The notes: generated from the sequence alone by a model not told the origin. Counted from the stretch's first letter, positions 39,078 to 48,366 are shown. The stretch: DNA of 64,000 nt from Candidatus Omnitrophota bacterium (GCA_041651115.1 JBAZJY010000002.1:286855-350854), one strand, 5' to 3'. Numbers and translations are program-made.

Positions 39078-40886
39078 ATGCAGAAGTTATGCGCATGCGG
39101 AATATTTTTTATTATAGCTTTCTTAGTTCCTTTCTATCCTGTATTTTCCGGAGAAGATGCCCCGGTGAGCCTTGAGCGGATCGTCGTTTCTAGGCCAAAT
39201 ACCCGCCTTTCCAGTGTATATTCCCGCGATTACGACAGCCTTGAGAGCCTGCCCGCAGTTTTTTCGGCGGTTGAAGCTTTAAATTTTCTTCCGGTTGACA
39301 TGCAGGGACGCGTACTTAATACCGGCACGTTCACTGATTTTTCCATGCGCGGCTCTAATTTTCAGGGCGTTTTAATGCTTTTAAACGGCCAGCGTATTAA
39401 CGACCCGCAAACCGGGCATTTTAATTCCGAGATCCCTTTGACCAAAGAAGACATTGAAAGCGTTAAGGTAATGCCCGGGGCTTGTTCGTCACTGTTTGGC
39501 CCGGATGCGATTGGCGGAGCGCTGGATTTTCAGGTTAAAAAACCCGAAGAAAATAAGCTGGTCATGGAAATAAACGGCGGAAGTTTTAATTCTGCAGCCG
39601 GAATTTTTAGCGTAAGTAAGCGGCTGACAGATAATTTTAACGCCCGGCTGTCTCTGCAGCGCAGGGAGTCCGGAGGTTTTCGCTTTGATACGGACTTTAA
39701 AGAGTTTATTTCCAGTATTACCGCTTCTTTAAAAATTCCAGACGGAGAGCTGAATACGGTTTTCGGCTATCAGGATAAGAGTTTCGGCGCGTTTGATTTT
39801 TATACTCCGGGCTTGGGGTATCCGTCTAAAGAATGGACTAAAACTTATCTCTTGGATCTGGGCCTGGCCGTAAATAAACCAGGATTTACGGCCAGGCCAA
39901 ATTTTATCTGGCGCAGGCATTACGATAAATTTGTGCTTGATAAGACCGGCATAAAAAGCACCTACCTTAATCATCACCGTAACGACATATTCACGCCTAA
40001 TGTTTATTTTCAGAAAGATGCCGGGATGCTTGGCAGGGTAGGCGCAGGCATTGAATACGGCCAGGAGCGCATCAGCTCCACAAATTTAGGCAAGCACGTG
40101 CGCGAACACAAAAGCATATTTATTGATGACGCTAAAGACCTGGCTCCGGAACTTTCTCTCGGTTTATCTTTACGGGCTGATGATTTTGCAGGGTTTGATA
40201 AGGCATATACCGGTTCATTTAACCTGAAGTACCGGGTTTCTGCAGCCGGGGCATTAAACTTAGGCTTAGCGCAGAATATCCGCGTCCCGTCTTTCACCGA
40301 GCTGTACTATAGCGACCCTACGACAGTAGGCGATCCGGGCCTGTCCAGGGAAAAAGCAATAAATTATCAATTAGGCTACGCGTACGCCGGCACAGATTTT
40401 TCATCCGGCGCAACGCTCTTTTTCCGGGATGAAAAAGATATGATTGACTGGGTAAAGACTGCAGCCAATCAGGCTAAGTTCAAAGCCGACAACATTACCG
40501 AAGATCAGGTCTATGGCATTGAGGCATATGCAAAGTTAAAGCTTAGCGGGTGGTGGAATTTAGATGTTAATTATGCCTATGCCAATAAGCATACAGATAA
40601 AAAAGGATACATTTATAAATACGGCCAAAATTATACCCGGCATTTAGCCAATGCCTTATGTACTTTTCGCCTGCCCTTTGGAACGCAAAGCTTTGGTTGG
40701 ACTTATAAAAAGAAACCCGGCCGCAGCAGTTGGGTCATTATGGATGCCCGCTTTTCTTACGATTTTAATCCTCGCAGCCGCATTTTTGTCAATCTTACCA
40801 ATTTATTTAATACTAAATACGAAGAAATAGCCGGAATCCCGCAAGCCGGCCGCTACATTGAAGGCGGCCTAAGGTTTGAATGGTAA
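39078..40886 (+). CDS. TonB-dependent outer-membrane receptor (small BtuB-like)
   Basis: 602 aa; signal peptide; plug domain motifs (RGSNFQGVLMLLNGQRINDP, ESVKVMPGACSSLFGPDAIGGALDF); C-terminal aromatic residue. Confidence 0.65.
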   Translation: MQKLCACGIFFIIAFLVPFYPVFSGEDAPVSLERIVVSRPNTRLSSVYSRDYDSLESLPAVFSAVEALNFLPVDMQGRVLNTGTFTDFSMRGSNFQGVLMLLNGQRINDPQTGHFNSEIPLTKEDIESVKVMPGACSSLFGPDAIGGALDFQVKKPEENKLVMEINGGSFNSAAGIFSVSKRLTDNFNARLSLQRRESGGFRFDTDFKEFISSITASLKIPDGELNTVFGYQDKSFGAFDFYTPGLGYPSKEWTKTYLLDLGLAVNKPGFTARPNFIWRRHYDKFVLDKTGIKSTYLNHHRNDIFTPNVYFQKDAGMLGRVGAGIEYGQERISSTNLGKHVREHKSIFIDDAKDLAPELSLGLSLRADDFAGFDKAYTGSFNLKYRVSAAGALNLGLAQNIRVPSFTELYYSDPTTVGDPGLSREKAINYQLGYAYAGTDFSSGATLFFRDEKDMIDWVKTAANQAKFKADNITEDQVYGIEAYAKLKLSGWWNLDVNYAYANKHTDKKGYIYKYGQNYTRHLANALCTFRLPFGTQSFGWTYKKKPGRSSWVIMDARFSYDFNPRSRIFVNLTNLFNTKYEEIAGIPQAGRYIEGGLRFEW

Positions 40887-40931
40887 AAAGGCTGCGTTGC
40901 TGTATAATATTAATATTACAAAGGGGGCCAT

Positions 40932-41963
40932 ATGGACGAATTATTAAGGAAACTATTGAACGCATCGGGAGTATCCGGGCATGAAAGCGAAATTGCCGGA
41001 ATAATGCAGCAGGAACTCAAAAATAGCTGCGATGAAGCGAGCATTGATAATTTCGGCAATGTCATTGCCCGCAAAGGAAGCGGCGGTAAAAAGATCATGC
41101 TTGCTGCGCATATGGACGAAGTCGGGCTGATGGTCAAGCATATCTCTAAAGACGGATACATAAACTTTATTAAGGTCGGTGGAGTTGATGACCGGATCCT
41201 GCCGGGTCAGCGCGTGGTGGTCAAAGCCAAAAAAGGCGATGTTTTAGGCATCATCGGGAGCAAGCCGCCGCATCTTCAGAAAGAAGAAGAGAAAAAGCAT
41301 CCAATAAAATACGAAGATATGTTCATTGATATCGGCTGTAAGAATAAAGAAGAGGCGCTGGAAAAAGTATCGCTGGGAGACTCAATGATCTTTGAGCCGA
41401 ATTGCGGCGAGCTAAGCAGCAAGCTCTGTTATGGAAAGGCGGTTGATAACCGCCTTGGCTGTTTTATTTTATTAAAAGTAATGGAGCGGTTGAAGGTCAA
41501 TGCAGAAGTTTACGCCGTGGCTACTGCGCAGGAAGAGGTCGGCTTAAAAGGCGCTAGGACATCTTCGTTTAAGGTTAACCCGGATTTTGCTATTGCCATA
41601 GACACGACCATGGCCGGAGATACGCCCGGTATCAAAGAAAGCGAGACCCCGCTGAAATTAGGCGAAGGACCGGCAATCATCATGATTGAGGCCAGCGGCC
41701 GCGGGTTTATTATCAGCGAAAAGACAAAAGATATTTTTATTGAAACCGCCAAGGAGCATAAGATAAAGCATCAGGTCGCGGTAATTGAAGGCGGCATGAC
41801 CGACGGCGCAATGATCTATATGAACCGCGAAGGCGTGCCCACCGGCGTTTTGAGCGTGCCGACGCGTTATGTGCACGCGCCCACCGGCGTATTCAGCCTT
41901 GACGACATCAATAGCGCCATTGACCTGACAGTAAAAGTTGTCGAAAAAGTTGCCAAGATATAG
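40932..41963 (+). CDS. M42-family aminopeptidase (FrvX/PepA/CelM-like)
   Basis: 343 aa; metal-binding His/Asp/Glu pattern (HMDEVG, DNRLG, EEVG). Confidence 0.8.
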   Translation: MDELLRKLLNASGVSGHESEIAGIMQQELKNSCDEASIDNFGNVIARKGSGGKKIMLAAHMDEVGLMVKHISKDGYINFIKVGGVDDRILPGQRVVVKAKKGDVLGIIGSKPPHLQKEEEKKHPIKYEDMFIDIGCKNKEEALEKVSLGDSMIFEPNCGELSSKLCYGKAVDNRLGCFILLKVMERLKVNAEVYAVATAQEEVGLKGARTSSFKVNPDFAIAIDTTMAGDTPGIKESETPLKLGEGPAIIMIEASGRGFIISEKTKDIFIETAKEHKIKHQVAVIEGGMTDGAMIYMNREGVPTGVLSVPTRYVHAPTGVFSLDDINSAIDLTVKVVEKVAKI

Positions 41964-41974
41964 TTATTGATGAT

Positions 41975-42415
41975 TTTGCTGGGCCTGCCTTGGGTAGTTT
42001 CTCGCGGGGACGTTCGCCCCGCCCAGCGTGCGGGGCCTCACTCGGAAGAAATTCTCGCTCTGCCTTAACGTAAGCGAGGGCAACCGTGCCCGCTCGAATT
42101 TCTTACGCCCCGCTCAAAACCACCCAAGTCACCCGCAAAATCATAAACAATTAGCCTATAAAATGAATCTGGCGGCTATTCGAGCGGATTAGGCGATTTT
42201 AGGCGGTTTGCTATGCTTATGCGAAGGGTTTTGTTCGCGCGCATTGTAAACTCTTGCCAATTCGTTCCAGAGATCAGTCGGCAAGGCTTTACGGCGAGTG
42301 AAAGCCCTAATGTTACGAAAGTATGCCTGAGAGCGAGCTGTAAACCGTAGCCGACGGCAAGATGTTTGCAGCGCGCGAAGCAAAGCCCTGAAGCATAAAG
42401 CATGACAATGCAGAC
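41975..42415 (+). ncRNA. Candidate structured non-coding RNA region(s): module 1 (about 41975-42130) of nested hairpins; module 2 (about 42205-42412) a >200-nt imperfect rod
   Basis: 470 bp without credible ORF, GC clearly above local average, dense complementary segments (e.g. CTTGGGTAGTTT/AAACCACCCAAG; CGGAAGAAATTC/GAATTTCTTACG; TTTGCTATGCTTATGCGAAGGG...CCCTGAAGCATAAAGCATGACAA); strand unknown. Confidence 0.25.
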
Positions 42416-42432
42416 GCTAAATTCGAAATGAT

Positions 42433-43521
42433 ATGATGAAAAAGAAAATACGCGTGGTGGTGGCGATGAGCGGAGGAGTGGATTCTTCGGTTGCCGCCGC
42501 CTTATTACAGAAGCAAGGCTATGAAGTTATCGGTATTACGATGTGCTTTAACCTGCCGGATGCCGTTACGAAGAAGCCGCGCTGCTGCGGCCTGAAAGGC
42601 ATTGAAGACGCGCGGCGCGTGGCGCATAAGCTGGGGATAAAGCATTATGTCTTAAATATGCAAAAGGCCCTGGAAGAAAAGGTGATCAGGGAATTCTGCC
42701 TTGAGTATTTAAGCGGCAGGACGCCCAATCCTTGCGTCAGGTGTAATCAATATATAAAATTTGACGCGTTGCTAAAAAAGGCGCTTTCTTTGGGAGCACA
42801 ATACCTTGCTACCGGCCATTACGCGCGGATCACAAAGGCATATTTATTAAAAAAAGCAAAAGACCTGCGCAAGGACCAGTCTTATTTTCTCTATCGCCTT
42901 AGCCAAAAACAATTAAAACATATTTTATTCCCGTTGGGCAATTATACGAAAGAAGAAGTAAGGAAGCTGGCAAAGGGGTTTGCCTTACCGGTCGCGGAAA
43001 AGGCAGAAAGCCAGGAAATCTGTTTTCTTCCCCGCAATAACTACCGCGAATTTCTGGAGCATAAACTGCCCCAATATAAAAACCGTTTTAGTAAAGCGAT
43101 TAAGCCCGGGCCTATCGTTGATACGCAGGGAAAAACCGTTGGCCAGCATAAAGGCATTGCGTTCTATACTATCGGCCAGCGTCAGGGGTTGGGTATTGCC
43201 TTTGGCCGGCCTGTCTATGTGATAAAGATCAACAGCCGCAATAACCGCGTAGTCATTGGCACAAAAGAAGAAGCAGCCAGCCGGGAATTTTTAGTAAAAG
43301 ACACGCATTATCCCTGCCGACCTATAAAAAAGAAAGTTGCGGTAAGCGTTAAGATAAGGTATAATCACGCTGAAACACCTGCAGAAGCAGCCCCATGCGG
43401 TAAATCCTTAAAGGTTAAGTGTAAAATGCCTCAGTTTGCGGTTACTCCCGGACAGTCCGCGGTATTTTACAGTAAAGATACGGTGATCGGCGGCGGTATC
43501 ATAGATAAGGTGATAAGCTAA
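42433..43521 (+). CDS. mnmA: tRNA-specific 2-thiouridylase
   Basis: 362 aa; PP-loop SGGVDSSVAA; catalytic Cys. Confidence 0.9.
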   Translation: MMKKKIRVVVAMSGGVDSSVAAALLQKQGYEVIGITMCFNLPDAVTKKPRCCGLKGIEDARRVAHKLGIKHYVLNMQKALEEKVIREFCLEYLSGRTPNPCVRCNQYIKFDALLKKALSLGAQYLATGHYARITKAYLLKKAKDLRKDQSYFLYRLSQKQLKHILFPLGNYTKEEVRKLAKGFALPVAEKAESQEICFLPRNNYREFLEHKLPQYKNRFSKAIKPGPIVDTQGKTVGQHKGIAFYTIGQRQGLGIAFGRPVYVIKINSRNNRVVIGTKEEAASREFLVKDTHYPCRPIKKKVAVSVKIRYNHAETPAEAAPCGKSLKVKCKMPQFAVTPGQSAVFYSKDTVIGGGIIDKVIS

Positions 43522-44444
43522 TGTTCAAGAAATTTTTTAAAGACGACCTGGCAAAGAAGATCCGTGAGTTAAAGAAAAAGCGCGACGCGGTGATCCTGGC
43601 GCATAATTATCAACTTCCTGAAGTTCAGGAGGTTGCCGACTTTTGCGGCGATTCTCTTGAACTTAGCCGTAAGGCTGCCAAGACCGAAGCAAAAATAGTG
43701 GTGTTTTGCGGCGTGCATTTCATGGCTGAGACCGCGTCCATACTTTGCCCGCAGAAAAAGATCATTGTTCCGGATATCCATGCCGGATGCCCGATGGCAA
43801 ATATGATCACTGTGGATGACCTTAAGCAATTGAAAAAGGAACACCCCGATGCCGTGGCAGTAGGGTATGTAAATACCTCGGCTGCGGTAAAGGCAGAGCT
43901 TGATTATTGTTGTACCTCTACGAATGCCGTGGCGGTCGTCAATGCCCTGAAAGATGCCAAAGAGATCATTTTTATTCCCGACAAATACCTTGCGGATTAT
44001 ACTTCCAAGCGGACCGGCAGAAAGCTTATTGCCTGGAATGGTTTCTGCCCGACGCATGTTAAGATCCTGCCGGAAGATATAAAGCGTGAAAAACGTTTTC
44101 ATCCCGAAGCAAAAGTGATCGTCCATCCGGAATGCCTGTCTTCGGTAGTGGCCTTAGCCGATGCCGTGCTTTCTACCAGCCAGATGTCTAAGTTCGCCAA
44201 AGAAACATCCGCAAAGGAGATGATCGTCGGCACGGAAGTCGGCATGATTTACCGGTTGAAGAAAGATAATCCGGACAAAGAATTTTACCCGGCTTCCGAA
44301 AGGGCAGTCTGTCCGAACATGAAACGCACCACGCAGGAGAAGATCCTTTGGGCCCTGGAAGAATTAAAAGAAGAGGTCAGGGTTTCGGATGAAATCCGCA
44401 GCCGCGCCAAAAAAGCAATTGACCGCATGCTTGAGATCGTATAG
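43521..44444 (+). CDS. nadA: Quinolinate synthase
   Basis: 307 aa; three-Cys [4Fe-4S] ligands in conserved NadA repeats. Confidence 0.85.
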   Translation: MFKKFFKDDLAKKIRELKKKRDAVILAHNYQLPEVQEVADFCGDSLELSRKAAKTEAKIVVFCGVHFMAETASILCPQKKIIVPDIHAGCPMANMITVDDLKQLKKEHPDAVAVGYVNTSAAVKAELDYCCTSTNAVAVVNALKDAKEIIFIPDKYLADYTSKRTGRKLIAWNGFCPTHVKILPEDIKREKRFHPEAKVIVHPECLSSVVALADAVLSTSQMSKFAKETSAKEMIVGTEVGMIYRLKKDNPDKEFYPASERAVCPNMKRTTQEKILWALEELKEEVRVSDEIRSRAKKAIDRMLEIV

Positions 44445-45041
44445 GTGGAGATACCGGTAATTTTTGAAGACGATTGGTTATTAGTAGTAAATAAACCCGC
44501 CAGCCTGCTGACCATACCCGGTCATAAAGGCGAACCCCAAACCCTTACCAGCCTGCTTGGCCTTCATCCCTGCCATCGCTTAGACAAAGAAACTTCCGGG
44601 TTGATCATTTATGCCAAAGGAAAATCAACCCAGCAGAAAACAATGGCGTTATTCCATGGGCATAAAGTTAAGAAAACATATATTGCTTTTGTGCAGGGTA
44701 AAATTGAAAGGCCGCAAGGCGAGATAAAGCAGCGCATTGAAGGTCAGCCGGCATTAACGCGTTACCGCGTTATCGAGCAGCGCAGTGATTTCGCGGTCGT
44801 AGAGGTCCAGCCTTTTACCGGGAGGACCAACCAGATCAGGATCCATTTTAAATCCATCGGCCATCCTTTAGTAGGGGAAAAGAAATTCGCTTTCCGGAAA
44901 GATTTCAGCCTTAAGGCAAACCGGCTTTGCCTGCACGCGCAGATTTTGGAATTTCCGCATCCAATAACCGGGAAAACCATCAGCCTAAAAACAGAACTGC
45001 CGGCAGGCATGAAGAATTTTTTGGAAAAGCATGTATATTAA
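44445..45041 (+). CDS. RluA-family pseudouridine synthase
   Basis: 198 aa; catalytic motif HRLDKETSGL. Confidence 0.75.
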   Translation: MEIPVIFEDDWLLVVNKPASLLTIPGHKGEPQTLTSLLGLHPCHRLDKETSGLIIYAKGKSTQQKTMALFHGHKVKKTYIAFVQGKIERPQGEIKQRIEGQPALTRYRVIEQRSDFAVVEVQPFTGRTNQIRIHFKSIGHPLVGEKKFAFRKDFSLKANRLCLHAQILEFPHPITGKTISLKTELPAGMKNFLEKHVY

Positions 45042-45047
45042 GGTAAG

Positions 45048-45821
45048 TTGATCATGAGTATAATACAGGCGGTTATTTTCGGGATTGTAGAGGGCATCAC
45101 GGAATTCCTGCCTATTTCTTCTACCGGGCATCTGATGCTTACTGCCCGGTATCTGGGCATAGCGCAGACAGAATTCGTAAAGAGTTTTCAAATCGCTATT
45201 CAATTCGGCGCGATCCTTGCGGTAGTAGTCCTGTATTGGAAAACGCTGGTTAAAGGCGGCAGTATCTGGGCTAAGCTTTTGGCGGCTTTTCTGCCTACCG
45301 CAGTGATTGGCGCGTTGTTCTATAAAATCATCAAAGGCTTCCTGCTTAACAGCAATAGCGTTGTACTTTGGGCTTTGTTCTTGGGAGGTATCGCTTTGAT
45401 CATCTTTGAATTTTTTCACCTGGAAAAGGAAAACGCCGCAGGGACGCTGTCAGAGATATCTTATCCGCAAGCGCTGATGATCGGTTTATTCCAATCGCTG
45501 GCGATTATCCCGGGCGTTTCACGCGCAGCCGCGACTATCGTCGGCGGCCTGAGCGCCGGGCTCAAGCGCAAAACGATAGTAGAATTTTCTTTTTTACTTG
45601 CCATACCCACGATGGTTGCGGCAATGGCTTTGGACCTTCTAAAAAGCGCGGTTGCCTTTAATCGCAGCCAATTCCTGGTGCTGGCCGTGGGATTTCTGGT
45701 ATCGTTTATTGTCGCGCTTATAGCGATCCGTTTCCTGCTTGTTTTTATTAAAAGGCATACTTTTATTCCGTTCGGCATATATAGGATAATCATAGCGTTA
45801 ATATTCTGGTTTATTTATTAG
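45048..45821 (+). CDS. uppP: Undecaprenyl-diphosphatase
   Basis: 257 aa; BacA motifs (EFLPISSTGH, PGVSRAAATI). Confidence 0.85.
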   Translation: MIMSIIQAVIFGIVEGITEFLPISSTGHLMLTARYLGIAQTEFVKSFQIAIQFGAILAVVVLYWKTLVKGGSIWAKLLAAFLPTAVIGALFYKIIKGFLLNSNSVVLWALFLGGIALIIFEFFHLEKENAAGTLSEISYPQALMIGLFQSLAIIPGVSRAAATIVGGLSAGLKRKTIVEFSFLLAIPTMVAAMALDLLKSAVAFNRSQFLVLAVGFLVSFIVALIAIRFLLVFIKRHTFIPFGIYRIIIALIFWFIY

Positions 45822-45893
45822 GGACGGTTCTCAGCCAAGGAGAAAAATGTCCCCGAATGGGGACACTTTTCCCTTGGTCTGAGAACCGTCCCT
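45820..45893. repeat. 74-bp palindromic extragenic element copy 1 (TTAGGGACGGTTCTCAG...CTGAGAACCGTCCCTAA), starts on uppP stop codon
   Basis: Near-identical to 46804-46876 (loop GAAT vs AAAA); embedded AAGGAG-N5-ATG mini-ORF MSPNGDTFPLV. Confidence 0.7.
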
Positions 45894-45905
45894 AAGGAGA
45901 GAATA

Positions 45906-46805
45906 ATGAGTATTATCGTTCTTGGCACTGTAGCATTAGACACCGTAAAAACGCCTTTTGGCGTAAGGAAACACATGCTCGGCGGTTCTGCCGTGCATTT
46001 TTCCATGTCTGCCCGGCTGTTTACAGATGTAAATTTAGTCGCGATCATCGGCGAAGACTTTCCCCGTAAGCATATTGATTTCCTGCGCAGGAAAGGGCTT
46101 AATCTGGCTTCGCTTATCCGTACGCCGGGTCAAACTTTCAAGTGGGCAGGTGAATATCGCGGCGACCTTAATGCCGCGCTTACCCTAAGTACGGAATTGG
46201 GCGTGCTTTCTACTTTTCAGCCGCGGGTATCCGAAGCGCAGCGGAAAATAAAAAATATCTTTCTGGCAAACGTTGATCCCGATGTGCAGGAGCATCTCTT
46301 AACTCATATGCATTCTCCGGATCTGGTGGGCTTAGACAGCATGAATTTTTGGATAAAAAATAAGCGCCGCAGCCTGCTTAAGCTGCTTAAGCGGGTGCAT
46401 ATTTATGTTGCTAATGACCAGGAGGCAAAGGATTTGACCGGAGAGCATAATCTGATCAGGGCTGCTAAACGGCTACGCGGATTTGGGCCGCGGATTGTTC
46501 TGATCAAAAAAGGAGAGCACGGCGTGTTTTTATACAGCGATAAATTCATTTTTTCCTTGCCGGCGTATCCGACGGATAAGGTGATCGATCCTACCGGCGC
46601 AGGCGATACATTTGCCGGCGGCCTGATGGGTTATTTGGCAAAGGTAAAAAAAGTTAACATGGCTACCTTAAGAAAGGCAGTGGCCTATGGTACAGTGGCT
46701 GCTTCGTTCAATGTGGAAGGTTTCGGGGTTACCGTGACTGCCGGCCTTACGCTTAGCCGGCTGGAAAAAAGGCTTAAAGTTTTCCGCGAATCAGTTCTAT
46801 TTTAG
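45906..46805 (+). CDS. PfkB-family carbohydrate kinase (ribokinase-like)
   Basis: 299 aa; DPTGAGDTF anion-hole motif. Confidence 0.75.
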   Translation: MSIIVLGTVALDTVKTPFGVRKHMLGGSAVHFSMSARLFTDVNLVAIIGEDFPRKHIDFLRRKGLNLASLIRTPGQTFKWAGEYRGDLNAALTLSTELGVLSTFQPRVSEAQRKIKNIFLANVDPDVQEHLLTHMHSPDLVGLDSMNFWIKNKRRSLLKLLKRVHIYVANDQEAKDLTGEHNLIRAAKRLRGFGPRIVLIKKGEHGVFLYSDKFIFSLPAYPTDKVIDPTGAGDTFAGGLMGYLAKVKKVNMATLRKAVAYGTVAASFNVEGFGVTVTAGLTLSRLEKRLKVFRESVLF

Positions 46806-46876
46806 GGACGGTTCTCAGCCAAGGAGAAAAATGTCCCCAAAAGGGGACACTTTTCCCTTGGTCTGAGAACCGTCCC
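46804..46876. repeat. Palindromic extragenic element copy 2, starts on kinase stop codon
   Basis: See copy 1; embedded mini-ORF MSPKGDTFPLV. Confidence 0.7.
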
Positions 46877-46894
46877 TAACCATGGAGGAGAGAA

Positions 46895-47347
46895 ATGCTG
46901 GAAGAAAAGATCTTGAATGATTACAAGGATGCGATGAAGGCAAGGGACAGCCTGAAGAGTTCGGTTTTAAGTTGCCTGCGCGCGGAGATCATGAATACGG
47001 CGCTGGCAAAAAAGAAAAATAATCTTGACGATAACGAGGTACTTGCCGTTATCAAAAAGCAGGTTAAGCAGCATCAGGATTCTATTGACCAGTTCACTAA
47101 GGGCAACCGGCTTGACCTTGCGGAAAAGGAAGCAAAAGAGCTGAAGATCCTGGAAGCATACCTGCCGGCGCAGCTCTCTGCGGATGAGCTTAAGAAAATC
47201 GTTGAAGAAATAATCGTTTCTACCGCTGCCAGCGGCATGAAAGACATGGGCAAGGTAATGAAGGAAGCAACTGCCCGCGTAGGCGCCAGCGCCGACAGTA
47301 AAACCTTAAGCGACCTGGTAAGGGCAAAGCTGGCAAGCCCCGCCTAA
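46895..47347 (+). CDS. GatB/YqeY domain protein
   Basis: 150 aa; characteristic KDAMKARD...LRAE N-terminus. Confidence 0.8.
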   Translation: MLEEKILNDYKDAMKARDSLKSSVLSCLRAEIMNTALAKKKNNLDDNEVLAVIKKQVKQHQDSIDQFTKGNRLDLAEKEAKELKILEAYLPAQLSADELKKIVEEIIVSTAASGMKDMGKVMKEATARVGASADSKTLSDLVRAKLASPA

Positions 47348-47368
47348 AGAGTATTTTTTAGAAATTTC

Positions 47369-47452
47369 TTGACAAACAGCCGGATATAAGGTATATTTTG
47401 ACTATTGGAACACCACTATTTTTTTAGGGCCGCTTTGTGATACTTTTCACAA
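47369..47452 (+). promoter_or_regulatory. Promoter TTGACA-N17-TATATT followed by perfect Rex operator TTGTGA-TACTTT-TCACAA (47435-47452)
   Basis: Read directly; matches Rex consensus TTGTGAAnnnnnnTTCACAA at every conserved position; upstream of hydrogenase operon. Confidence 0.65.
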
Positions 47453-47527
47453 GATAGATCCTGCACAAAAATAGGTTCCCCCAGAGACGAGTTACTCACA
47501 ATTCAGTAATACTTCAGGAGCGATGAG

Positions 47528-48007
47528 ATGACCCAAGAAGAAGTTTCCACTGATATCAAAGCTCTCGTTGAGAAGTGGAAGGATAAGCCCGGCAATTTGA
47601 TCATGATCCTCCACGAGCTGCAGAATCACTATGGCTATGTCCCGCGCGTTGCCGCCCTTGAGTTGTCAAAAATACTCGATGTGCCCCTTGCCAGAATATA
47701 CGAAGTAATTACCTTCTATAATTTATTCAAATTAGAGCCGCCCGGTAAACACCGGATCTCCGTGTGCATGGGCACTGCCTGTTATTTGAAAGGCGCTGCG
47801 GTGATCCTGAATGAGATCAAAAACATGCTCAACGTGGCAGAGGGCCGCACGACTAACGACGGGCTTTTTCAGCTTGAAGTTGTCCGCTGCCTCGGCTGCT
47901 GCGGTTTGGCGCCGGTGATCATGATCGACGAGAAGGTATACGGCAAGGTAAAAAAGAACGAAGTAATGGATATCCTTTCGCAATACGGCAATCATAAAGA
48001 GGGGTAG
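47528..48007 (+). CDS. hndA: [FeFe]-hydrogenase complex NuoE-like [2Fe-2S] subunit
   Basis: 159 aa; thioredoxin-like 2Fe-2S Cys pattern CMGTAC...CLGCCGLAP. Confidence 0.8.
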   Translation: MTQEEVSTDIKALVEKWKDKPGNLIMILHELQNHYGYVPRVAALELSKILDVPLARIYEVITFYNLFKLEPPGKHRISVCMGTACYLKGAAVILNEIKNMLNVAEGRTTNDGLFQLEVVRCLGCCGLAPVIMIDEKVYGKVKKNEVMDILSQYGNHKEG

Positions 48008-48361
48008 ATGAAAAAGCTTACTAATCAGGACTTAGAAAAAATAAAGGCAGGCTCCGCCAAAGAACCGAAGAACTGGATCAAGGTAGGCATGAGCACCTGC
48101 GGTATTGCCGCGGGAAGCGACGTTGTATTCAATACCCTTGTTGAAGAGGCGAAAAAACGCAATACCGGCATCCAGATAAAAAGATGCGGCTGCCAGGGGA
48201 TGTGTTTTGCCGAGCCGCTGGTAGAGGTAAAGACCGAAGGCCTGCCCGCGGTTATTTACGGCAAGGTCAATAAAGACGTGGCGATAAAGATACTGGAAAA
48301 ACACGTCTGCGCCGGCATTCTGGTCAAAGACCATATTTTTGAGCTAAGGAGCAAGGTGTAA
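48008..48361 (+). CDS. hndB: [2Fe-2S] thioredoxin-like ferredoxin subunit (HndB-like)
   Basis: 117 aa; MSTCG...RCGCQGMC pattern. Confidence 0.65.
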   Translation: MKKLTNQDLEKIKAGSAKEPKNWIKVGMSTCGIAAGSDVVFNTLVEEAKKRNTGIQIKRCGCQGMCFAEPLVEVKTEGLPAVIYGKVNKDVAIKILEKHVCAGILVKDHIFELRSKV

Positions 48362-48366
48362 TTTTT

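Noticed and set aside
42176-42403. Two overlapping minus-strand ORFs (75 and 64 aa) in the long intergenic region
   Set aside because: Composition not protein-like (Arg/Leu/Ala-rich). They lie exactly on the long inverted-repeat rod, so open frames are expected by symmetry. Treated as a structured non-coding region instead.
41964-42432. tmRNA, RNase P RNA or SRP RNA in the long GC-rich intergenic region
   Set aside because: No tRNA-like 3' end (…UCCACCA), no P4 motifs (AGGAAAGUCCGG / ACAGAAnCCGGCUUA), no SRP domain-IV GGAAGCAGC-type motif.
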